Below, piece after piece: positions 13,333-24,767 of a stretch of 64,000 bases of DNA (its first letter is position 1; every line of letters starts with the position of its first letter). The notes beneath the pieces were generated by a model. The model had not been told where the DNA came from and made no database searches. It saw nothing but the letters and a program-made list of their open reading frames with translations. The translations under genes were made by a program, and so were the position numbers. The stretch covers positions 38,313,304 through 38,377,303 of the forward strand of contig NC_068992.1 of NCBI RefSeq assembly GCF_001194135.2, given 5' to 3'. Source of the DNA: Octopus bimaculoides (Eukaryota).

Positions 13333-13384
13333 CATCAGTCTGAACGGAACCACTTCCTCTTCCATCCAGAGACTGACTATTTAA
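13333..13384 (-). CDS. RIN2: RIN exon, 52 nt (LNSQSLDGRGSGSVQTD)
   Basis: Acceptor ttatttcatag, donor GTATGT, phase 0/1. Supplies the TD of TD|DFLP. Confidence 0.85.
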
Positions 13385-15207
13385 CTATGAAATAAAAGAG
13401 AGAAAGACGAAAGGGTTTACTCTTGGTACTTTTTAAATTTCAGTTCATAATATTTTATATCAAGAATTAGTTTTAAAAAATTGCTTTTCGTTTTTTTATT
13501 TTTGTCATGAGACTCTGTAAATGCAAAGGTATAAGCAAGGTTATTGGAAGCACTAAAACCCAGCTACAGGTGTTAAACCGGACAAAATAATAAACCAGAT
13601 GATATGAAATTGTTTAACATAACATGAAATTTTGATAGAATGATTTAATTCACTTCAACCTGACCCTTTTCATTACCATTTCTCTGTTGAAAATCACCAC
13701 TTTTGATTCATAAAATAACTTTGTCATTATCATGTTGGTTTTTGGAACATAACATGAAATTCAGATGGAAGGTTTTAATTTAGAGCACTTTAAAACAGGA
13801 AGTTTGTATCATAGAACCCAGGGGCAATGTCTGGCTGGTTGGTGTAAAAAAGTTTAAGGCAGTGATTAAGGTCAAGATTTCAAACCAGGTTTATAATAAG
13901 GCATTTTTTTTTTTACCTTTTTAAAAAAAAGAGGTCATTATATAATGGAGAATATCATAGAGCAGGAGGAAAAATTTCACTGAACAAATCGGTAATAGCT
14001 TTAATTCCTTGTAGTATATTACCTTTCATTTATGACATGTCATAGTGCATAGCCTAATGGTGTGAAGCTAATGACTGTAAATTCAACTCTCAGGCTGAGC
14101 AATAAACTGTTTCTTACATGTTTCAGTCTATTCAGTCAAAAATACAAGAACCTTACCACAGTTGCTTAAATGTCATGGAAAATGGTAAATAAGCCCCAGC
14201 CTAATGGACCAGTAAGATCAAGACAGACTTTTTGTTAGAAATGTCTTTGATAAAAATATCGACATCATTACTCCATCTTCTTTGTGTCATTTGTTCATTC
14301 CATGTCCATTTGCCATGCTAGCAACAGTTTGAGTGGAGATTATCTAAAGTTGGATGCTCTTCATGTTGCTAACCTTCAGCTGTTTTGCAAGTAAGGGACT
14401 TTACTCCACAAGTCTTTCAAAGTACAGAGTGACTGGTCATAAAATCAACAAGGAATGTTCACATGAGCCCCACTCCACTTTGTGAAGAGAGTGGAATATT
14501 CTTTTATTTGTTTCAGTCATTTGACTGCGGCCATGCTGGAACACCGCCTTTTGCCAAACAAATCGACCCCAGGACTTATTCCTTGCAAGCCTAGTACTTA
14601 TTCTATCAGTCTCTTTTGCCGAACCGCTAAGTTACGAGGACGTAAACACACCAGCATCGGTTGGGGACAAACACAGACACACAAACATATACATATATAT
14701 ACAACGGGCTTCTTTCAGTTTCCGCCTACCAGATCCAATCACAAGGCTTTGGTCGGCTAGAGGCTATAGTAGAAGACACTTGCCCAAGGTGCCACACAGT
14801 GGGACTGAACCCGGAACCATATGGTTTTAAGCAAACTACTTACCACACAGCCACTCCTGCGCCTATATAAAAGGTTTCCTGAAGTTTCTGACCAACAAAT
14901 TCTTTCATAAGGAATTGGTTAGTCCAGGGCTATACCAGAAGATGCATACTGAAACTGCTGGGCATTTGAACCGAATGCAAAATCAGATGACAGCAAAGTG
15001 AACTTAACCACATGACCATGCCTGATCCCCCATGGATGGATACTTCTGGTGATAAAACATTAAACACTTGACCATTTATGATGCATAAATGTATAGTATC
15101 AACACACATTTGGAAATGCTTGGTGGGTCATCACTGATGTCCATAGCAACAACAACAACAGCAACCATGAACAAACACTGAGGTTATACAGCAAATAATT
15201 TACTTAC

Positions 15208-15339
15208 GCAGTTGGTAATACAATATGCTGCAGCCAGAAGGTTTTCCAACTTTTTCACAGGTGAATAAGCTAATTTGATTTGTGTCAGATGATGTCTGAT
15301 TAACTGGAGATCTTCTTTGCCTGGTGGACTTAAGTTGCC
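15208..15339 (-). CDS. RIN2: RIN exon, VPS9 start (GNLSPPGKEDLQLIRHHLTQIKLAYSPVKKLENLLAAAYCITNC)
   Basis: AYSP.KK..LL VPS9 motif. Acceptor cacctag, donor GTAAGT, 132 nt, phase 0/0. Confidence 0.92.
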
Positions 15340-17305
15340 CTAGGTGCAATAAATAAATAATAATAATATTAATAATAATAATTTCGTTTTTGGATTTGGT
15401 TTGCAAGATTCTTTATGCGAGTTCGTGTGTTGAAGCATATTCTGTTTGTGTCTGGGGAGAGCCATTGTCTTTTAGTGCCTTATAATTTAACATACACACC
15501 GGTAAAATTTCCACTTATTTCTTTTTTATTTAGAAAAATAAGTAAACGAGTGGAAATTTTACCAGTGAGTGTATTAAATTGTAAGGCACTAAAAGAGAAT
15601 GACTCTCCCCAGACACAAACAGAATAATGATGATGATGATGATGATTTCAAGTTTTGGCACTAGGCTAGCAAGTTCAGAAGAGGGGTTAAGTTGATTACA
15701 TCAACCCCAGTGTTCCACTGGTACTTATTTTAGCAAGTTTGAAAGGATGAAAGGCAAAGTTACCATGGCAGAATTTGATCTCTGGACGTGAAGACCAAGC
15801 ATTTCGTCCGGCATGCTAACAATTCAGCCAGCTCGCTGCCTTAATAATAATAATCCTTTCTATTCAAGGCACAAGGCCTGAAATTGGGGCAAGAGGGTAG
15901 TCGATTACATCGACCCCAGTACTCAAATGGTACTTAATTCATCGACCCCAAAAGGATGACGGCAAAACCGACCTCGGTGGAATTTGACCTCAGAACGTAA
16001 AGACTGANNNNNNNNNNNNNNNNNNNNNNNNNNNNNNNNNNNNNNNNNNNNNNNNNNNNNNNNNNNNNNNNNNNNNNNNNNNNNNNNNNNNNNNNNNNNN
16101 NNNNNNNNNNNNNNNNNNNNNNNNNNNNNNNNNNNNNNNNNNNNNNNNNNNNNNNNNNNNNNNNNNNNNNNNNNNNNNNNNNNNNNNNNNNNNNNNNNNN
16201 NNNNNNNNNNNNNNNNNNNNNNNNNNNNNNNNNNNNNNNNNNNNNNNNNNNNNNNNNNNNNNNNNNNNNNNNNNNNNNNNNNNNNNNNNNNNNNNNNNNN
16301 NNNNNNNNNNNNNNNNNNNNNNNNNNNNNNNNNNNNNNNNNNNNNNNNNNNNNNNNNNNNNNNNNNNNNNNNNNNNNNNNNNNNNNNNNNNNNNNNNNNN
16401 NNNNNNNNNNNNNNNNNNNNNNNNNNNNNNNNNNNNNNNNNNNNNNNNNNNNNNNNNNNNNNNNNNNGTCATTTCATTCATTCCTCCAGAGCGTGATGTT
16501 AATAACCCATAAACATATTTCTTCTCAAGCATTCTGAGAAGTGAAAGGGAAGCAGATTCAGAATATTTTCTCAGAATATGTACTTTCAAGTCTTTTTCAA
16601 AATTGCAGCTGTTTGAAATGAAATGTTCAGCAAGTTCTGCCGAACTACTGTTTTGTGCCAGACATCGACTCTGTGCCCATTAAACCTTTTGTTTAATTGT
16701 TCTGTTATACAACCAACATGTGTTTTGTGCATTCTGCAGTGTACACCAAATGGGAATCTCTACATGTCCCACCTTCTGTATAAATCATAACATCTAGATA
16801 CCAAATCTTATGGAAAGAGGACCTGTAAGGCCTTTGACAATAGGATGCTCTCTGCTCCAGAATTAACCAGACCAAATCAGGTTGAGAGCTCTGAGAAGTA
16901 AAATACAATAACAACGATGGTTTATAACTGAGGCAAAAAGCCAACAATTTTGAGAAGAAGGGGTTGATCAGAACTAGACTGAGACTTTATTTCATCAACA
17001 CCAAAAGGACAAAAGACAAAGTCAACCAGGGTGGGATTTGTGTAAAACCCAACAAGAGAGATGGAAAAAGTATCAACAGATAATATTTGAAATTTAGAAA
17101 AGAGGGAGAGGGCAAAATGTGAAGATTGCACCAATTGTGTTTGGTTGTTTAGGGAGAGAATGGTCTAAAGTTGAAAGGAATCCAGTTCCATGTCAATGAA
17201 GAGGTAGAAATGTTGACTATTTAGGTAATAGGCTATCCAAACAATTTGGTAAGTTGTAACTTTGACCTTAACATAATTTAGGACAAAGTTAATGGTTCTA
17301 CTTAC

Positions 17306-17381
17306 CCGAAGACCAAGGTCACTCAAGGGCCGTGTACGAGCATAGACAATATTTTTATACAGAGTTTCCACACTTCCATTT
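17306..17381 (-). CDS. RIN2: RIN exon (NGSVETLYKNIVYARTRPLSDLGLR)
   Basis: Acceptor cttttacag, donor GTAAGT, 76 nt, phase 2/0. Resembles RIN DGS..QLKENL...PQELG. Confidence 0.88.
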
Positions 17382-18695
17382 CTGTAAAAGAGTTTGAGAT
17401 TTAAATTTAAGTCAAGCAGAATCTAGAAGTAAGAAAAAAATTGCTAATTTACAAGGAGGAGGAGGAGACAAAGGACGTTTGAGAAGGACAATGAGAAGAA
17501 GGATAAGGAGGACAATGAAGAAGAGGAGAAAACAAAGGACGGTGAGAAGAAGAAGCAGCAAACCTTCATGTTATTGGTAATGGCTTATGATTTAATATTA
17601 TTAAAATATCTGTTTCATCTCTAAGTCAATAAAATGGATTATTTTAGGATCCAAAGCACATTGTAGTATTTGTAGTTTGTTATTTTTTTCATCCATAAAT
17701 TAACATTTAATATCTGGATTCTCCACTGATGGATCTACTTTTCTGCTTGTATTAACAAGTGTTGATGGAGACCCTTTATGGTCGGATGCTCTTCCTGTCA
17801 CTAATCCTCCCCTATTTCATCATCATCGTCATCGTTTAACGTCCGCTTTCTATGCTGGCATGGGTTGGACGATTTGACTGAGAACTGGCAAGCCAGAAGG
17901 CTGCACCAGGCTCCAATCTGATCTGGCAAAGTTTCTACAGCTGGATGCCCTTCCTAACGCCAACCACTCCGAGAGTGTAGTGGGTGCTTTTACGTGCCAC
18001 CGGTATGAGGGTCAGTCAGGCAGTTCTGGCAACAACCACACTCAAAAAGTGTTTTTTATGTGCTACCTGCACGGGAGTCAGTCAGGTGGCACAGGCAACG
18101 ACCACACTTGAATGTTGTTTTTCACATGCCACTGACACAGGAGCCAGTTAGGCGGCACTGGCAACGATCACACTCGGATGGTGCTTTTAATGTTCCACTG
18201 GCATGAGTGCCAATCAGGCGGTACTGTCATCACTCATGTCAGCGATTTTGATTTCACTTGCCTCAACAGGTCTTCACAAGCAAAGTTTATTGTCCAATGA
18301 ATTAGGGGGCTGGTTACACCCACCAGCATAGGCCACGGGTTATTTCCAGGTGGCATTTTCTCCTAATTTGGATGCCTTTTCATGAAAGATTGCAAATAAA
18401 CAACACTTCTATAGCCCCAGGGCTGATCAAAGCCTTGGGAGTGGATTCAGTAAATAGAAAGAAGTCTGTGTGTGCATGTGCATGCTCTTGCCTGGTTGCA
18501 AACAAGCACCATTATGTTGTTCATTTCCAGTTTCCCATGCAAAAATGTGTTGCTCAGAAACAAGTGAGGGTTGGTGTGGCATCTGACCATAGAAAATCTG
18601 CCTCAACAAATTCTGTCTGACCCATGCAAGCATGGAAAAGTGGACATTAAAATGGAGATGAGGATGAAGGTAAATGAGGTAACTTACCTCTTTTT

Positions 18696-19383
18696 GGCAC
18701 TGTCATGGTATTAGCTGTCAGAAGTGAAAGTAGAACTGACAAGGAACATTACTGCTGGTTTGAGTTGATTCTTTGGCTACTGACTGGCCGGAGCTATCTG
18801 TCTGTCTGCCTGCTGGTTTGAGTTGATTCTTTGGCTACTGACTGGCCGGAGCTATCTATCTGTCTGTCTGTCTGCCTATCTCTCTCTCTATATCTCTATT
18901 TATCTATCTATCTATCACTCGTCCACCTCTGTTTGTGTCCGTAGAATTTATCAAATTAGAAAACGCAAATTTAATATAAAAATATATTTTTTGAAATTGC
19001 AAATTATTTAAAATATAAAAATATAATTTTCAACAGAGAGAATTTATCAAAATAGAAAACGAAGTTTGAAGTTAAGTTTAAAAATAAATGTGATACTTAT
19101 GCTCCGTAGATACTTATACTCGGTACTACTAAAGCAGAGTGGTCCCGAACGCGCTAGCTAATCGTGAGTGGTCGATCCTAACCCTAACCCTAACTTTAAA
19201 CACATGTATTCATTTGCACACACGCGCACGCACACTTTTTGTAGGATCGACCACTCATAACTAGCTAGCGTGGACGCGCGACTGCGCATTCGGGACCACT
19301 GTTTTAGTAGTACCCTTATACTCTGTGTGTTTTCAAGCGCATGGATATAGGTGTCGAATTTGTTCCAATAACTTTCGAGTGAT

Positions 19384-19418
<35 letters not shown>

Positions 19419-19542
19419 TAGCTCACTCCAGACAGTCATGGTATTAGCTGTCAGTAGCCAAAGAATCAACTCAAACCAGCAGTAATGTTCCTTGTCAAAT
19501 TTTTCTACTTTCACTTCTGACAGCTAATACTATGACAGTGCC
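18696..19542. repeat. Nested inverted-repeat element with an inner CpG-rich hairpin and CCCTAA repeats
   Basis: Outer arms 18696-18785 and approx. 19450-19542, TATCACTCG/CGAGTGATA at the microsatellite borders, inner arms 19122-19180 and 19242-19314. Confidence 0.8.
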
Positions 19543-19670
19543 CTCTTTTTTTTTTATAATTTTATTTTTAGGTTAGTTTGGAAACTGAAAGACATGTTTG
19601 ATTAACTTAAAATGAAAAAATGAGTTTCTGATTGGAAGTGGCATCACAGATGCCTGGTGACACGACTTAC

Positions 19671-19759
19671 TTAGTGTAATCGGCAGCCAGCAGTTGATAG
19701 ATATGTTTCTTCAGAGGCAGAATGACACTTTCGTGTAGAGAACTCTCAATAATAGCATC
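19671..19759 (-). CDS. RIN2: RIN exon, visible 3' part (DAIIESSLHESVILPLKKHIYQLLAADYT); 5' end lies in N-gap 19760-19863
   Basis: Matches RIN DVVLEKAMHKCILKPLK. Donor GTAAGT at 19670, phase 2. Confidence 0.88.
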
Positions 19760-21342
19760 NNNNNNNNNNNNNNNNNNNNNNNNNNNNNNNNNNNNNNNNN
19801 NNNNNNNNNNNNNNNNNNNNNNNNNNNNNNNNNNNNNNNNNNNNNNNNNNNNNNNNNNNNNNNATTACATTTACAATAACAACATAGTTTTTAAATATAG
19901 ACTCCACCAGGAGTGTCAAACATATTTCGCTTTGTGGGCTGGGCTGAAGAATAAACTAAACCTTATGGAAAATATAAGGATAATTATTCTTAAAAACCCT
20001 ATTCATAATGGAGGCCATAGTAAATAAATGAAGGGGTCAATATACATTATAACAACTGTATTAACAAGAAAGAAAAATGTGAGGTGTTAGCAAAGATTGT
20101 GTGTAGAGATGTGTGGGCAAAACTGATCCACATTATACACATTCAGTCTTAAGAATGTTTACAGTAAGAACAGAGATGGAAATTCTCCAAATGAATGCAC
20201 ACTGTTCTTGCAATGACAAATACTTGATAGAAGACTTGTACCGTTTAAGCTACAGAACCTTTCAATATCACTAGAATTCATTCAGATAAACTTGTGTATA
20301 TATGTGAGGTGGAGGAAAACGAAAAACCATTTTTGGCTCAACATGTATCGACAAAGTGAAAGGGGAATAGGTCTCATCTTTTAGTCTCAAGAATTTATAA
20401 GATTCTATTTCATTCCTCGAACTATGGAGGGGACCTGTGGTAGAGGTAGACCCAGGAAAACATGGGATGAGGTGGTGAAGCATGACCTTTGAACTTTGGG
20501 ACATGGTAGATAGTGGTATCACATAAATGGCATTCATGCCAGTGGTTACGTAAAAGCACCCATTACATGCTTGGAGTGGTTGGCATTAGGAAGGGCATCA
20601 GCAGTAGAAACCATGCCAAATCAGACTGGAGTCTGGTGCAGCCTTCCAGCTTGCCAGCCCTGGTCAAACTGTCCAACCCATGCCAGCATGGACAACGGAC
20701 ACTAAATGATGATGATGAAATCACATAACATTTCCTAAAGTGCAGATGATTTGACTAATTGAAACTGGTGTTAATTATGATTGTAGTCAAGTTCCAACTC
20801 TGAATGCATGCTATATTTTTATCTTTCACCTGTTTCAGTCATTTCACCGTGACCATGTTGGGGCACTAAAATAAAGGTGGCGGCTGGACTAATTGTTGTT
20901 GTTTGATATTCCTGGACTGGATAATATAAAGCAATATTAACTATGTTGTATGTAGGGTTAGAGTTAGCAATCAAAGGAAAATAAATAAATATTGCTGAGA
21001 AATTAGTTTTGAATGAAATCTTTAATTAAGAAAATATTTCAACTACTTGTTAAAGCTGCTATTCTGATCAGCAACTCATTAATTGCAGGTTTGGATAAAC
21101 ATTTATTTTCATCCTTAACATGGTTTTATCAATTCAGACATTTTGAAATTTGTATTTTCAGTTATTCTTATATTAAATGAAATCAGTTTTATTTTTGTAG
21201 CAAACTACCATGAGGTGAGCTTAACTATGTTGAGGATCTTCTTACCCTCATATCTCATCAACTGTGTAATGTGCAAGACTTATTAATGTCCCTTGAGAAT
21301 GATGCAGTCGTAAGTTAGAGTTTCTCAATGAAAAGAATATGG

Positions 21343-21619
21343 ACATTATTTACATTCGACGGATATTTGTCCTCATCTTGTTTGTTGTTAACACGTTTTG
21401 GCTGATATACCCTCCAGCCTTCATCAGGTGAATTGGGGAAATTTTGAACCTTGGTTCTCATTTTTAAGGTTCGAAATTTTCCCAAGACACTTGATGAAGG
21501 CTGGAGGGTATATCAGCCGAAATGTTGTGTTAACAACAAACAAGATTAAGACAAATATCCGTCAATTGTAAATAATGTAAATAATGTATTTAATTCCTCA
21601 TCTCTTAAATATAGAACTG
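21343..21619. mobile_element. Fold-back copy of the same hammerhead-tailed family
   Basis: Arms of about 105-110 bp around 21450-21475, each carrying a mutated core. Confidence 0.8.
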
Positions 21620-22764
21620 AAAGAAAACGGAGTCCAAGAGAATCCATGAAGACAAAAGCCATCTGTCAATTTGGTGCAGGCATGGTTGAGTGATTAAGAA
21701 GTCTGCTTCCCAAGCAAATGGTATTGGGTTCAGTCCTACTGAGAGGCACATTAGGAAAATGTCTTCTAATATAGCCCTGGACCAACCGAAGCTTTGTGAG
21801 TGGATATGGTAGAAAGAAACTGAAAGAAGCCTGTCATGTGAATGTCTTTTTACATCTTATTTTGACATTGCATCATCATCATCGTTTAATGTCTGCTTTC
21901 CATGCTGGCAAGGGTTGGACGGTTTGACTGGGAAATGGCAAGCCAAGAGGCTGCACCAGACTCCAATCTGATCTGGCAAGGTTTCTACAGCTGGATGCCC
22001 TTCCTAATGCCAACCACTCCGAGAGTATAGTGGGTGCTTTTTATGTGCCACCAGCATGAGGGTCAGTCAGGTGGTACTGGCATCAACCACGCTTGAATGG
22101 TACATTTTATGTGCCACCGGCATAAATTTTTAAATGGGTGAAGTTTCTTAGGTCAACCTGGTCAGATCCAACGTCCCTGTCCAGTATTTTATATATAGTG
22201 ATACCTCGCAGTATGAGGTTAATTCGTTCCATGACCAAGCTCGTCTTATGATTTATACCTTTTACTAATCAATTTTCCTCCTTGAAATGAACTAAAATGT
22301 AATTAATCCGTGGGTGCATATTACATGCCACTGGCATGGGAGCCAGTCAGATGGCACTGGTAGTTCTAATGATAGTTGTAAACAAGTGTCATGGTCATTG
22401 AGGCAGTGATTCTTGTTACCAATCTTCCATGAAAACATGTCCAGTCAGGGAGAAATATTACCTTATTTGGAAACAGACAAGGGTTGGTCACAAGGAGAGC
22501 ATCTTCCTGTAAAAGACTTGCCTCAATGCAAGCTGACCAATCCATACAAGCACATGCAAAAGTGGACTTAAAAGAAAAAGAAAATAAAACAAAAAAAAAG
22601 GCACTAAACTCTAAGAGACCAGAGGCTTCAAGTAACTTGGGTCCTGTGTTTCTGATATTCATAAGAAAGACTTTCTGACATGCAAAGGACTAACTAGGAA
22701 GGCCCATAACAAACTTTATACCATGTAGCAATCAAAGTCAATAAGGCTTGATGAAGTAACTCAC

Positions 22765-22854
22765 TCGACTAGATTCTCTCTTAATCAGTGTGTCTAAACC
22801 TTTTTGATTGTTGTGAAACAGATAGTTTTTCATTCCAGTCATAAACTGCCGAAC
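22765..22854 (-). CDS. RIN2: RIN exon, RH domain (VRQFMTGMKNYLFHNNQKGLDTLIKRESSR)
   Basis: Matches RIN IRQFMTQVKNYL. Acceptor ttctttgtag, donor GTGAGT, 90 nt, phase 0/0. Confidence 0.92.
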
Positions 22855-23750
22855 CTACAAAGAAATAAACATAAACATCAAATATAACAAACAACCATTT
22901 TTGGTTATTTCATAAATAATTTCAGCAAACTGGCTCGTTAATTTTACATTATCTGTTTTTTTCTCAGTGAAATCAAGATGCAAGATTGTTTCTTCTTGAA
23001 GAATCAAAAATGCAAATAATGCAGAAGTAATTAGACATCTTTTCTCCTAGAATTTACTAAATTGGGGAAGTTGTGGAATAATACCTTTCTCAGAGGTTGT
23101 AGATGTACAATTTGAACTCAAGATCACGTACTTCAGCAGCTTAACCTCACAGTTATTGTGCTCTTTAGACATAAAATCACAAATTACAAATGTAATTCCA
23201 TTAAGCTTTTACTGAAGAATATTTTTTCTCAACACACAAGAGAGAAAGATTCTAGAAGTTGTAAAAGTTAACGGCAAAATATACTTAATGGCACGTAAAA
23301 AGCACCATTTGAGCATGGTCAATGCCAGTGCCGGTGGCATGTAAAAAACACCATTCAGATGTGGTCGATGCCAGTGCTGCCTGACTGACTCCTATGCTAG
23401 TGGCACATAAAAGGCACCGTTTGAATGTAGTCAATGCCAGTGCCACCTGACTGGTTCCTATGCTAGTGGCACATAAAAAGCACCATTCAAATGTAGTCGA
23501 TACCAGTGCTGCCTGACTGGCCTCCGTGCCGGTGACACATAAAAAGCACTCACTACACTTTCGGAGTGGTTGGCATTAGGAAAGGCATCCAGCTGTAGAA
23601 ACTTTGCCAGATCAGATTTGAGCCTGGTGCAGTCTCCCGGCTTGCCAGTCCTCAGTCAAACCGTCCAACCCATGCCAGCATGGAAAGCAGACATTAAATT
23701 ATGATCATGAATGTGTAGTGAAACCTCTCTCTCTGGTATTTAATTACAAA

Positions 23751-24767
23751 TGATAACGTGGCGGCTAACATCTAGCTTTCGGCTGCCTTGGACCCTTGTG
23801 TCCACCACCCTGATTGGTTCTTATTTGCACAGCATTTGTCTCTAGTTCTTTTTCGTACCAGGGTGCATACTGTCCAATCGTGGCCTTCTAATAAGGTCAC
23901 ATGAGAGAGAGTTTTTCTGCGTTTCCAGTGAGCCCTATTTCATTTATAAATAAGCCTGCTCCACTACGCCTGTTTGTCGCGACCACAGACCTTTTCAGGT
24001 CTGGTTGTAGACCACACACAGAACACAGCTCCAGCCAGTTTCCAGCGACGACGTCAATACCACCAATCTACTGTCTACCACAATGTCGTCGCCACCAGCA
24101 CCATCACCAGAGTACACACCAACAACAACCGCGGTTTCATCTCTGCACTGTTCGAGTGGATTGTTTCCACCACGAAGATAACAGCCAGAACAACCTGCGA
24201 GAATCTTATGTACCAAGCAACTGGTTGCAGCATCGACGCTCAACTTCACACACATGTGACACCACAGCTCTGCTCCCTGGCCACAACTTCTTGTACAGAC
24301 ACTCAATCCCATGTGAAACTCTTCTATGAACTGGTATTTCTCTACCTCTCTGTTTAGGACGCTTATCTACTGTGTTACAGACTCTCATTCTATGCTCTGT
24401 ATTTTCTCATTCACACTCACACACATTTATGTATACATACTATTCTTCATACGACAGCCTGTCTTATGTATTGTGTTATTTATATTGCCACATGCACGAA
24501 GGCCTGTCGTACATATTGTATTGTTATATATTGCCGCATGCATGCACGCACACACTGTTCACTATGATAATAAACCTACTCTCTTTATATATCTAACGGT
24601 TGTCTCTGTCGCTCACTCTCTCTTTCCTTTACTGGCACTCGCTCGCATCATCTCATTGCGAGCCTTCATATGTCCTATTACATGTTTTTGTGGTCGACCA
24701 TGCGACGCGCTTAAAGGAGTCATCTCCAGTTCGTCGCTATTCTCCTTTGGTTCGCACGGTCGTTACA
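23751..24767 (+). mobile_element. Probable solo LTR (~1 kb) with target-site duplication
   Basis: Termini TGATAACG...CGTTACA, with TTACAAA(TGA) repeated at 23744 and 24768. TATAAATA at 23945, AATAAA at 24569, higher GC/CpG than the surroundings. Confidence 0.6.

Noticed and set aside
23085-23162. Open frame between AG and GT (HNNCEVKLLKYVILSS...)
   Set aside because: Its phases are incompatible with the flanking 0/0 junction, and NPRCVMSN|VRQFMTG is already continuous.
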